Notes: generated by a model from the sequence alone, not told the origin. Shown: positions 50,107-62,476, counted from the first letter of the whole stretch. The stretch is 63,190 nucleotides of DNA, filler included, from Octopus bimaculoides (GCF_001194135.2; 5 parts of 3 records of this genome joined end to end with filler, not necessarily neighbours in it), one strand, 5' to 3'. Program-made: numbers and translations.

Positions 50107-52020
50107 GTCTGAGTCCTTACCTTACATTGATAAACTACATTTCTAACTCTCGCATTAGGGCCTTCAAACTTCAATCCTCTGGGGTTGACCTCTGTTACTG
50201 TAATCATATTCCGATTATTATTACTATTATTATTATTATTATTATTATTAATATTGTTATTATTATTATTATTATCATTCATATCAGGGTTCATATCGCT
50301 ATCCACCCCTATTCCTTTTGATTTAAGTATTTTAAAATTATGAGCTGCAATTATTTAGGCTAAGTTCATAGCGTTTGAAAAACCAAATCTAATGGTATGT
50401 GTATTAATAATTTTACCATAGTGTGAATTCTTTGGGAAATGTCTGTTTATCACCTCTCTAAACTGTGCAATCAAGTTAGATTTAACATTCCTGCCAAAAG
50501 GGACTATGAACCAAACATTATCATCTTTTGTATTATCACAGTCACTAGTATAATTCTTAAAAAATTTTAAATTACCTATGTTACGTTTGTGGATATTCCT
50601 GGATTTATCTTCCTTATTTCCACTAAGTTTATTCTTATACCTATTATTCTTAACTGTCTTAACGTTGTTACTATCAGTTTCAATATAATAAACCTTCTCT
50701 TTGTATCCTGCCCTATTTAATGCCGAATTATAGAATTGAGCTTCATTATCAAAAATCTTATCATTAGCAGATAATCTGGAGAGTCTTAATGAAATATTTA
50801 AAACTAAATTATCAATAATTTTTCTAGGATGGTTACTCCATTTATTTATATATTTTAGGTTAGTTAAAGGTTTATGATATGGTCTATATGTCTCATTTTT
50901 AATATCTAATGTCACATCCAAGAAATTTGCTACAGAAATATCGTCCTCATAGATGATGTTCATCCCCATTCTACGAAAAAAATCTAGCCAATCTACCCTT
51001 AATCCTCTGTAGTTGTTGGTTGGAGCTATTCCTAATATATAGAAGACAGTCATCCCTATATAGACCCCCTTAATCATAGGAAATTGATCATTCAATTCAT
51101 AAAGAATAAAGGAACCCACCATATCAGCTATTTGTGCTGAGTCAGAGCTCCCCATGGGGACATCGAAAGCATCTGGTGTATCCTTACGTATCCATACTTT
51201 ATCATTAAAACTAACAAAAGATTTTCTAGCAGCTGATATCACTTTAAATTCTTCTCTAGTAAGCTCAACCTTCTTGTGAAAAAACCACAGTGCCTTATTC
51301 AATATGATCAGGTTAATGGATGCATAAAAATTAGCTACATCAAATTGAATGAATTTAGTATTTTTCTTGTCCTCAATAGAATTAAACCGTCTGATGACTT
51401 GGTCTGTACTTGACCATAAATTTAACTTCAACTTATCAACTATTGTAGTTATGTACTTATTAATAATATTTTTACTTAGTATCCCTATGTCTGATTTTGT
51501 TGGGCAGATAAGTCTTAAGGATGGTTGTGTCCAAAAATTCACTTTGTGATCTTTAAGAATGAATCTCGGTTCTTTTGGTATCAAAGGTTCCGTCCTATCT
51601 GTTAGGTTGTATTTTTCCATTATCTCTTTGGTTTCCATATTTGCCTTCTTAAGTGTATTTTTATTTGTTACCTTATAACTCTTTTCAATTTCTTTTTTCA
51701 GTAAATCTTTGTAGTAAATCTTTGTAGTAATCTTTGTAGTATTGTCTGGTTAATTTATAAATGTTTCCTGTTTTGTCTGATTTTACCAGAATCCTGTCAG
51801 TGTTCCTTATTTCCTTAGTGATTCCTTCTAGATGTCTTAAGTGCTGGTTCATGTTTGATGATTTATCAAAAATAATATTCTTGACTACAGACCAAATGTC
51901 TTCTTCAAATTTGTCTAATTTGTGGTTATATGGTGGATTCCTTCTAGACTTAAACAATCTCCTGTATCTTGATTCATCAAAGCAACTTAAATCGTCCAAA
52001 GGACGGGTGCATTTGCTAGG
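50107..52020 (-). mobile_element. Penelope-like retroelement (probably Nematis-like), best-preserved copy; RT pseudogene truncated at the GIY-YIG start
   Basis: KSDKTGN (ADK motif), LRLICPTKSDIG, KFIQFDVANFYASI, DVPMGSSDSAQIADMVG, LYRDD in a shifted frame, NFLDVTL, SNHP, IIAAHN after a TAA at 50355-50357, and NVVYQCKV; lesions at 51701-51741, 51065-51069, 50976-50982 and 50355. Confidence 0.92.
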
Positions 52021-52051
<31 letters not shown>

Positions 52052-52192
52052 NNNNNNNNNNNNNNNNNNNNNNNNNNNNNNNNNNNNNNNNNNNNNNNNN
52101 NNNNNNNNNNNNNNNNNNNNNNNNNNNNNNNNNNNNNNNNNNNNNNNNNNNNNNNNNNNNNNNNNNNNNNNNNNNNNNNNNNNNNNNNNNNN

Positions 52193-52226
<34 letters not shown>

Positions 52227-52834
52227 TGTGTGTGTGTGTGTGTGTGTACATATATCTATTATACATTTATGTACGTTTGTATATGTGTGCGTGTGTATAC
52301 ATGTATATGTATATATATTTCTTTATACACGTGCATATATATTTCTATATACACGTGTATATATATATGCATATATACATGTGCGTGTTTCCCTTTCTCT
52401 TTTACATACACAGCACAAAATCATAGACACACACATATGCACACACACACATGTATTTGACAAACATCGTTTAAAAGCAAAATTAACCAGAAATAAATGA
52501 AGTATTATTTTACCAATTGTGAGCAGACGATAGATTTTGAAAGCAACGCCAATGTTTTAGAATCATCTCACTTTTGTTTGATAACTATTAATCTCCGAAC
52601 TCTTCCCAAATAAGACGTCTAAAGTCAACATTAAGGTGAAGTACATTTCTAAATTCTTTGTTAGACCCTCTAGTGTTCACATTGTCAGTGAAGAATTCAT
52701 CTGACGTTTAAGCTGGATGTGCTAGAAATAGCAGCCAAATCTTTCCTGTGAGCAGACAATAGATTCATTTAACAATAGTGTCACCTCAGAAAATCACGTT
52801 ATCAATAACGATAGTAACTTATATGATATAAATA

Positions 52835-53535
52835 ATGATTGTCATGGAAGGAAACGATACAAATTCATCGAACAATGTTGTCGTTTTAGAAAATTACGCA
52901 ATCATTATTAATACAGCTCATAATAATGATGATAGCCCTTTCCTCATTAGCGACCAAAACTTAAATAATGCAACTAATAATTTAAACAACAATAATGTAA
53001 ATGTAATAAATAATGATACAAGGAAAAATTTAAATGCTTCAGTAAGAAAACGCCAAAAAGAGAAATGAAATGGGTGAAGAACAGAAAGCAATTCAGAGAG
53101 CAAGAAATCGAGGGTATCAAAAACGAAGCCGGGAAAGACTCTCAATTCAAAGAAGGAAAGAAATTAGAGAAGTAAACAGATTGGTTCACCAAGTGTTGAG
53201 AGAAAATTCGACACTAGAAATAAGAGTGGGAATTAGAATTTCGCACGTTGTAGCAAGAAATTCCTAGACTATGGAGGAACAAGAAATTATAACTCAAGTA
53301 AGAACCGACCAAAACTTAAATGATGCAACTAATTATTTAAACAATAATATGTGTAATAAATAATGACACAAGGAAAATTTTAAATACCTCAGCAAAAAAC
53401 GCCAAAACAACAAAAAAAAACCCGAATGAAATGAGTGAAGAAAAGAGAGAAATTCAGAGAGCAAGAAATCGAGAGTATCAAAGACGAAGATGGGAAAGAC
53501 TCAATTCAAAGAAGGAATGAAATTAGAGAAGAAAA
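52835..53535 (+). repeat. Diverged ~225-bp direct duplication encoding an Asn-rich plus basic helical peptide (possible Helitron-like N-terminus)
   Basis: 52951-53172 versus 53306-53531; peptides MGEEQKAIQRARNRGYQKRSRERL and MSEEKREIQRARNREYQRRRWERL. Confidence 0.55.
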
Positions 53536-53889
53536 CTGTTAATAATGTAGACACGGTTGATACTCATACTCTATAATCATATTGTGTAAACAGTGTTACC
53601 TAACTGTGTTAATAATGTAAATTTGGTTAATCCACATACTGTGTAAATAGTCACTCTAGTATGTAATAAGTTTGATGGCAAGTATTAGTATAAGTGTGAC
53701 AATTACGCTTAATATTTTCAGTAGATCAAGCCTGTTGTACCACAAGACTAATTTTCAAGTATTTTATTATGTAATTGTTTATCATCATTTTATTCATGCA
53801 TGCATGCATGCATGCATACATACATACATACATACATACATACATACATACATACATACTTGTATAAGAACAAAATATCCGACCAATGA

Positions 53890-54390
53890 GATAAGGATGT
53901 CGCAAGTATCTACAATTGAGACAAAATGTCTATTGTGCCATACCAATGTGAAAGAAACTCCCGTATCATCAAAAGCTTTCTAAAGATGTTTCGATGAGAC
54001 ATGACATTATTGCCAAAACCATTTACAATACTGTCCGCAAGAATGGCATTATAAATAGTGTTGNNNNNNNNNNNNNNNNNNNNNNNNNNNNNNNNNNNNN
54101 NNNNNNNNNNNNNNNNNNNNNNNNNNNNNNNNNNNNNNNNNNNNNNNNNNNNNNNNNNNNNNNNNNNNNNNNNNNNNNNNNNNNNNGTGAAAGAAACTCC
54201 CGTATCATCAAAAGCTTTCTAAAGATGTTTCGATGAGACATGACATTATTGCCAAAACCATTTACAATACTGTCCGCAAGAATGGCATTATAAATAGTGT
54301 TGATTGACATACAAATGGTGCATCAGACCAAAAATGTATCGGTAGCATTACATATAAAGCATACTGGTGGAATATTCCTGCCTATCAGCA
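53890..54390 (+). mobile_element. R4/Dong-like LINE fragment (CCHC knuckle / RHD region)
   Basis: KCLLCHTNV, MRHDIIAKTIYNTVRK and YWWNIP; includes a 116-bp duplication across an N gap. Confidence 0.75.
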
Positions 54391-54469
54391 ACAGAAACAC
54401 AGTAGAGCAGTTCACTAAGCAGGTTGTAACTTGAAAAAAAAAGAAAAGAAAAACATAGAACGTAGAGGA

Positions 54470-55060
54470 AATAGACCATATCAACAAATTTATAACATTT
54501 AATGTTAAAGGTTAGATTTATGAGATTCTAGAACATAAAATGCTCAAGTACCTTATGTACAGAAGTTAAAAAGAATACTGTTGGCAATAAACGCGGGTTA
54601 CAGAAAACAAAAAAATAAATATCAGCCACATCATTGACAACTGAGGGAGAATATCTTGTGAAGATTACCTCCTCGTAAGATATATTTAGTTAGCTCTAGA
54701 AACCTGGAAAAGAGTAATAAAGAAAACATAATCGCCGATAAAGATTTCTCAAAGAATGTTTATAATAACAAAAGAAAAAGAAAATTAATCTTTACTACCA
54801 AAAAATGGGAAATCAGTATGACCTCTGAGAAGCTAACAATAAAGGAAAACAATCAATGTATATTCGCAGATGCATACATAAAAAGTTAAATTCTTCCACA
54901 TCCATAATTCAAATTCCTGTTGAAAATAGGAAGAAAAAAAAATTGAATGGAATTGTAAAGCAGGGATGAAAACTGGTTATTGTTAGGGAAATCATTTCAA
55001 AGTTGATTGGAAATAATATACGTGGAACACAGGAAAAAAATTAGATCTAGGAATATATCA
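54470..55060 (+). mobile_element. Possible highly decayed APE-endonuclease (L1/Tx1-like) remnant
   Basis: KFITFNVKG start motif and purine-rich decayed coding texture only; many stops. Confidence 0.3.
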
Positions 55061-55310
55061 ATTTTAAAGTTCAGTTTGATACGGAATAACCTCGGCCGCA
55101 TTCTCAGCGACAGTAATATATAATCACAACAACATACGTAAAATAAATAGTGTGTCATTCATAGAGGTACTTAGTGAAAGTAGATGGTGATCTCCTCCGG
55201 AAGTGTCAATAGTTTTTTTCCTTAGTGTTTCAGAGTGTTTCCGGTCGAGTAATGGAGGTGGTGCTTGCCTTGCATATATCTTTCTCTCGCTCACTCTGTC
55301 TCTGGCTCGG

Positions 55311-55381
<71 letters not shown>

Positions 55382-55804
55382 TGCAGACATTTGTGAGTCA
55401 GTCGGTTGTTTCTATCTGAGATTTACTGGAGAAGTGCAGTACGTTGAAGTGGATATGGAAACTGAGGGAAAGGGTGGGGCATAAAAGAGAGAGCGAGGGA
55501 TTGCATATATGAGAATTATATGTAAATATCTGTGTCTGTATATGCGCACATACATCTGCATACATATTATTTACATATATGCAGATATACATAAATAGAG
55601 ACAGTGAGGGGAGAAAAAAAAACTAAAGAACGAAAGAAAGAAAGAATATAAGTGGCCGACTGACACACCCAAAAAGTGATGAAGTGGATATATATATATA
55701 TATATACAGAGGGAGNNNNNNNNNNNNNNNNNNNNNNNNNNNNNNNNNNNNNNNNNNNNNNNNNNNNNNNNNNNNNNNNNNNNNNNNNNNNNNNNNNNNN
55801 NNNN

Positions 55805-55838
<34 letters not shown>

Positions 55839-56299
55839 GTAAAACAGTTATATGAAGGTATACAAGAAGGCATACTTTCCACATTGCACAGTGTTAAGAA
55901 GTAATGACGGAAGGAAAAACAGAGACTCAGTTACTGGTTGTCCTGTGTCTAATTTTAATCTATTTGACCTGATTATTCATTATGACACTGCGTACCTATG
56001 TTCTTCAAACGAGGGTGTATTTTTTTTCATCCTTTTACTATTTAATACTTGACCCAGCCCAATTTCTGGGCATGAGTTTGTATTCTGACAGCATTTCCAT
56101 CCTATTCCTACAATCACACATTTTCACTTTGATCCTAATGCGCCTTAATTGATATTTTGAGATAATATTTTTTAGTATTTTATCCATTACCTGTTTCTGT
56201 ATAATATTAAAGATTTTTTATATCACGGTATTTGAAATACATGTCTGTATATATAATCATACATACATGTATACGTGTATATATGTATATATATATACA

Positions 56300-57230
56300 T
56301 ATATAAAACATCGATTAAAGACATATTAAGGACATCGATTTACCTCTAGAATGAAAAAAGGGATTTAAATAAGGATTGTCTCCCTTCCTCTGTTTGGTGT
56401 TGGCGTATAAATTAAAATTGCTATCGTTTATATCCTTACAACTAAATTTCATGTCTCTATTACTAAAGGTAGAATAAGATTGAATGGAATTAATGTAGGT
56501 AACTTCATCTGAATAACTTGATTTAAGTAAGGCAGAGTTATAAAATTCAGCCTTGTTATTGAAACTGTCAGCATTAGCAGATAACTTAGACAATCTAAAG
56601 GAAATATTCTTAATTAAGGTCTTAGTGATTGCCCTACAATGATTACTGAATTGGCTAATATACTTAAGATTGGTCGATGGTTTGTGGTATGGGAAGTACG
56701 AATTATTGTAAGTTGAGTGTAATATCTAAAAAGTTGGCTTTCGTTACTTCATCATCAAAAACGAAGCCTAAGCCCATTCTACGGAAAAACTTAACTAAAC
56801 TATTCTTAACCTTTTGTACATTTTGGTCAGAAACATTTTGAAGGTAAAGTAAACAAGCATCACGATATAGACAGCCGTTGATGCTTGGGAACTGGTCTGC
56901 CATTTCATAAAGTATATATATACAGACCAAATCAGCTACTTGAGCTGAATCAGAACTTCCCATCGTAATATCAAAACCATCGGGTATGTCTTGATAGATT
57001 TTCTGGCGGCCAACACAACATTAATTCCTTCCCTGGTGAGACCAGCTTTGTTATAAACAAGCCAAAGTGCCTTATTAAGTACTATTGGGTTGATGGAGGA
57101 ATAAAACTAGTAATGTCAAACCGGATAAACTTAGTGCTCTTCTCATTAGTAATAGAACTAAACCACGACTTGGAATGAACTGGACCATAAACTAAGCTTT
57201 AATTTTTAATACCAATGGTATCTTCGAAAT
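56300..57230 (-). mobile_element. Penelope-like RT remnant, sister of the 50-52 kb copy
   Basis: KLKLSLWSS, TKFIRFDITSF, LNKALW, AARKS, FDITMGSSDSAQVADLV, LYRDA (catalytic D to A), KFFRRMG, NFLDITL and YNSALLKSSY. Confidence 0.9.
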
Positions 57231-57426
57231 ATTATACAAAATATTTCACATAAACCCGGAGTTTCTACCTTTAAAAAAAGGTGTTACACACTTTTTACTT
57301 GTGTGATTTTTTGCTACCCAGGTAACTGTTTATCTAATTATTCCGTGTTAATTGTAAACAAGGGAAAAATACACACAACTATTTATACATTATATATATA
57401 TATACATATATGTATATGTATGCATA

Positions 57427-57593
57427 CAGGAGTGGCTGTATGGTAAGTAGCTTGCTTACCAACCACATCTTTTCGGGTTCATTCCCACTGCGTGGCACCT
57501 TGGGCAGATGTCTTCTACTATAGCCTCGGGCCGACCAAAGCCTTGTGAGTGGATTTAGTAGACGGAAACTGAAAGAAGCCCGTCATATATATA
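57427..57593 (+). mobile_element. SINE family B, 5' half, cut at the spacer
   Basis: CAGGAGTGGCTGTATGGTAAGTAGC...CCTTGGGCAG...GACGGAAACTGAAAGAAGCCCGTC. Confidence 0.92.
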
Positions 57594-57693
57594 NNNNNNN
57601 NNNNNNNNNNNNNNNNNNNNNNNNNNNNNNNNNNNNNTTAATTAATTAANNNNNNNNNNNNNNNNNNNNNNNNNNNNNNNNNNNNNNNNNNNN
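57594..57693. other. Artificial 100-bp assembly spacer
   Basis: 44N-TTAATTAATTAA-44N. Confidence 0.95.
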
Positions 57694-57741
57694 TATATAT
57701 ATATATATATATATATTTATATTTCATTCTTTTAATTTTAG

Positions 57742-58047
57742 GGTCGGATCAAGCTAGATGTTGGTGGACATGAATTTACCACATCAGTGTTTACACTCAC
57801 CCAGGTGCAGGACTCCATGCTTGCCGCTATGTTTAGTGGACGTCACGAGATAAAATACGAAGTTGACGGTAGTGTATTCATTGACCGGGATGGAACACAT
57901 TTTCGCTACATTCTCAATTACTTAAGGGACAGTGACTACAGCTTTGAAGCTTTGCCCCGCAGCAAACAAGTCTTGCGAGAACTGCGCAATGAAGCCATAT
58001 TCTACCAGCTACCTGGTCTGGTGCAGCAGATTGAGAAGTTATTGTGA
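57742..58047 (+). CDS. Terminal coding exon: KCTD-type BTB/POZ (T1-like) domain
   Basis: Acceptor TTCTTTTAATTTTAG| at 57741, phase 0; GRIKLDVGGHEFTTSVFTLTQVQDSMLAAMFSGRH...DGSVFIDRDGTHFRYILNYLRD...LRELRNEAIFYQLPGLVQQIEKLL*; intact with all family motifs. Confidence 0.9.
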   Translation, partial: GRIKLDVGGHEFTTSVFTLTQVQDSMLAAMFSGRHEIKYEVDGSVFIDRDGTHFRYILNYLRDSDYSFEALPRSKQVLRELRNEAIFYQLPGLVQQIEKLL

Positions 58048-59486
58048 CATCACCGTTGCCTCCTCATTCGAACACCACGGCAGTATTGTTGTGTCTTACG
58101 ACCTTGTAGGTTAACCAACATACCTTTTTTGTATATTCAACTCCACAGTAGGCATAAGAGCTACTATAGCCCCTCTCCTCCATCTTCTCCCCCACTTCCT
58201 CCTCCTCCTCCTCCTACTTCAGGTCGCACCCTGTCTGTCTGTTGCCATCACTGCCACTGTGCTTTCCCCACATTATGTGTCGGTAGGAGATTGTTAGCTC
58301 TGTCCTCCAGTTTCTTTTTTGAATGTGCCATGCCACTTACAGATGCTTGGATAGAGAATCTCCGCATTGCACACATATTTGTCAAGTTTTGCATCTGAGT
58401 TGTTACTTAGGAAATGATGTTATGAATTTATATGTGAATTGTGTGACTATGTGTATATGTACACATATATATATATATATTTATATGTATGTATNNNNNN
58501 NNNNNNNNNNNNNNNNNNNNNNNNNNNNNNNNNNNNNNNNNNNNNNNNNNNNNNNNNNNNNNNNNNNNNNNNNNNNNNNNNNNNNNNNNNNNNNNNNNNN
58601 NNNNNNNNNNNNNNNNNNNNNNNNNNNNNNNNNNNNNNNNNNNNNNNNNNNNNNNNNNNNNNNNNNNNNNNNNNNNNNNNNNNNNNNNNNNNNNNNNNNN
58701 NNNNNNNNNNNNNNNNNNNNNNNNNNNNNNNNNNNNNNNNNNNNNNNNNNNNNNNNNNNNNNNNNNNNNNNNNNNNNNNNNNNNNNNNNNNNNNNNNNNN
58801 NNNNNNNNNNNNNNNNNNNNNNNNNNNNNNNNNNNNNNNNNNNNNNNNNNNNNNNNNNNNNNNNNNNNNNNNNNNNNNNNNNNNNNNNNNNNNNNNNNNN
58901 NNNNNNNNNNNNNNNNNNNNNNNNNNNNNNNNNNNNNNNNNNNNNNNNNNNNNNNNNNNNNNNNNNNNNNNNNNNNNNNNNNNNNNNNNNNNNNNNNNNN
59001 NNNNNNNNNNNNNNNNNNNNNNNNNNNNNNNNNNNNNNNNNNNNNNNNNNNNNNNNNNNNNNNNNNNNNNNNNNNNNNNNNNNNNNNNNNNNNNNNNNNN
59101 NNNNNNNNNNNNNNNNNNNNNNNNNNNNNNNNNNNNNNNNNNNNNNNNNNNNNNNNNNNNNNNNNNNNNNNNNNNNNNNNNNNNNNNNNNNNNNNNNNNN
59201 NNNNNNNNNNNNNNNNNNNNNNNNNNNNNNNNNNNNNNNNNNNNNNNNNNNNNNNNNNNNNNNNNNNNNNNNNNNNNNNNNNNNNNNNNNNNNNNNNNNN
59301 NNNNNNNNNNNNNNNNNNNNNNNNNNNNNNNNNNNNNNNNNNNNNNNNNTTTCTCAAAATACAATGTTTATATACCAAAAAGATTTTATAACATTTTCCT
59401 AACATTTTTCTTACATTTTACTGACATAATTTAAATATATACTTTAACCATGTAACACAAGCCTTCTGTAGTTTTTTCACTCTTAT

Positions 59487-59518
<32 letters not shown>

Positions 59519-61035
59519 GGGATGTGTTCTGTATAGTCATTAGCATTTCCTCTGCAGATATAAAGATTACATAGATGGCATATATTTTTGTTTTCTTTGT
59601 TCTTTGTCTTCTTCTCACCTCCCCCACTCATATTTCATTGTTTTGGTAACTAGTAGTTCTGAATTAACATATATTTCATTAACCCTCTCCCATCTCTCAT
59701 TCATTCATTCATACACTCCCATGCTGCCTATAATTTTACTAAATCACATTTTAGGACAACCATTTCTCTAATTTTAACTGCTGCCCATGACAGGCACCTT
59801 TCTCTTAAAGAAAAATGTTATTATGATTATGAAATATAGATCTCTTGAATATCTGCTGTGTCAAGTTATTCTTTTCTTTTGTTTTCTTTTTCTTTTTTTT
59901 TTCTATTATTTTTCAGCAACAAAGAAGAGGCATAGTGGCTGCATCTGGTTTTCTCATTAGCTCAAACTCTTGCTACAGTCAGTGTGTTGTGACCCTAGGT
60001 AAAGCAATATTATTCTACTTGCAGTAGCCTAACCTTATTGGAAAAATGAGTAGCTCTCCCATCAACTTTTATTGTTATAATGCAAAGGGGGTTTTCCTTT
60101 AGCTCAGTGGTTCCCAATACAAGGTTAAAAGCCCTTCTTTCCTCGAGAAGTAACTGAAAGAAATCCAAATAATTTTAATTTAAGATCCACCTCACCTCCA
60201 AATTAATATATAATTCCCAATATTGTCTAGTATTGTAAAACACATATCGAAACTATGAATCTGAGAATTTCATTGGGAAAATTCTGCCTTGGTCTGACAC
60301 CATGTAGAAAATTTGTATTAAAAATTGGATGGTGGAACCACATATACTTACCACAGCATGAGGCTGTATTTAAAAGACTTACCTTCTCTAGCAAGTCACT
60401 TGTTAAAATTAAAATTTTTGAAAACTATTCCAGTGCTCAGGGTGATGACATGAAATAATAAATTATTATTAACAGAGGCCTGTCACTCTATGCTGATTTG
60501 GGGATTTGTATGTACCATGTTCCTGGCAGTGAGTCTGTTCATTTTCCTTTAAATTCTCCTTAAATTCTAGTTAGGCTTCATGAGAGCAAAACAGGATTTC
60601 TTTGCTATTTTATACCAGAACATCAATTGATTGCAGGTGAACAGAGTCAGTTGTCTCAACCAACTAATAATACAAAATAACAGGGTTGATAAACGTCTAA
60701 CATAGAAAGAAAAATGTTATGAGAGTTTATTTTAGTTAATGTTTGTTCATTTTTTTGTTCCTCGGTGACGTTGCTGAATGCATAAGTTATGAGTTCATAC
60801 TCACTGCAGACTTTTCATTGTGTGTTTCTAGGCAAAGAACAATTAATTCTACAGACTTCAGTCCTCAAGGATGAGGAGAATAGCTACCAGATCTTCTAGG
60901 GATGTTTCCTGCAATAATTGGCATTCTGTCCAGTTGGGGATTTAACTCACATCTGCTCTATGGAAATAAGTAATGTGGCTTTGAAATTTTTTTGTGGTTT
61001 GTGAGGATATAAATTGTCACCATTATTATTACTTT

Positions 61036-61247
61036 GAAGGGGGCGATGAAGCTGCTGAAACAGAAGAATACTGGATTAAGTGCCTTACAGTATTATGTAT
61101 TTTCACTCTTCAGTCTGAATTTAAATTATGTCAAGGTTGATTGGGGTGAATAAAGTAAGTGCCAGTTGTGTGCTGAGCTTGATTCGATCAATTATATGTC
61201 TCTACCATAAATTCCTGACCTTGTGCCAATATAAGAAATTATTGTTG
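61036..61247 (+). mobile_element. SINE family A, old and CpG-decayed
   Basis: AAGGTTGAT, GGGGTGAATAAAGTAAGTGCCAGTTGTGTGCT and GACCTTGTGCC align to A with most CpGs mutated. Confidence 0.6.
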
Positions 61248-61948
61248 AAGCAGCTGCATTATTCTGTCTACTGGATTACAAATGAAGTTCTACCACTAAA
61301 ACTGTAACATATACGTGAGCAAGTCACCTAACTCTTCTGATTTCAGACTACTTGCTATGAATGTTGTATCTGGAAAAAAATAGCTTGGAGGCATGGCTGT
61401 AATTGAACTGATTGACCAATTCATTTGCCTGTTGTATTATGTTTGATTGCTATGTAGACTGATGTCTTTGCTTTATGTGCAGTCTCACCATCCCATCATT
61501 AAAAGAACTACCGTTAAAAGATTTGTGACCAGTGTAAATCTCACCATGCCATTGGACCACTATGTATTGTTATTAATCAAATGGTTACATCCAGTCTATT
61601 CAACATTAATTAATCATTTGTTGTTGTTGATATTGCATTTAATTTTGTGGTTTCACCTCAATAAAATTAGACTTAATTAGTTTTCTAATGTTGGATTAAA
61701 TCAGCCCTCTTCAAAAAGGAAAAAAAAAAAATTCAAGTCTTATTTGTGTTTTATTGATTTTATTTTGTCAGCAAACGAAACACTTCTTACATTAAAGTTT
61801 ATGTGTGGGTAGGTGTGTGTATTTTAGAGAGATTTCACTTTCAGAACACACACATTAAGATGATATATACAATATCCTACAAAAAATTCCAAGTATGTGT
61901 ATATGTGTGGTTGTAAGTTTACATGAAATTTTCTTCTCTCTCTCTCTC

Positions 61949-62048
61949 NNNNNNNNNNNNNNNNNNNNNNNNNNNNNNNNNNNNNNNNNNNNTTAATTAA
62001 TTAANNNNNNNNNNNNNNNNNNNNNNNNNNNNNNNNNNNNNNNNNNNN
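61949..62048. other. Artificial 100-bp assembly spacer
   Basis: 44N-TTAATTAATTAA-44N. Confidence 0.95.
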
Positions 62049-62444
62049 ATATATATATATATATATATATATATAACAGAGCTAATAGTGAGGGATCATC
62101 CATTCGGGAAAAATACTTCATAGAGTCTGTGTTGGCACACCAGGCTAATAATATTTAGTCTAGTGAAAAATTCCAAGTATTCTCCTGGTAGGGTCCAAGT
62201 TTATGGTTCATCACAATTCTATATTGTAAATCTGTGGTTGAGCAACAGACAGTGATATATAAGACAAGGTATAAATGATGGTCATTACATATTTTTCTTT
62301 TATTAGAGCAAATCTGGCTGACAGCTGTTTCCAGTAATCGTTGTATGTATGTTACTGATAGGTTTATTCAGTTGGTTTATTGATCAGTTGCTAGAAACTG
62401 AACGAGCTTAAAATATTAATGCTACTTTCATCAGACCCATTCGC

Positions 62445-62476
<32 letters not shown>

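Noticed and set aside
35590-52020. Selenocysteine-recoding (Naiad-type) PLE
   Set aside because: Where I traced them, the interruptions are TAA/TAG stops and frameshifts rather than in-frame TGA at Cys sites, and the endonuclease is C-terminal.
53948-54302. Exact 116-bp direct repeat (53948-54063 and 54187-54302)
   Set aside because: Identical sequence on both sides of an N gap; an unmerged contig overlap, not an LTR or TSD.
60346-60427. Minus-strand exon ending at GAGAAG|GTAAGT
   Set aside because: Good donor but no convincing acceptor, and the peptide (FSKILILTSDLLEK) is uninformative.
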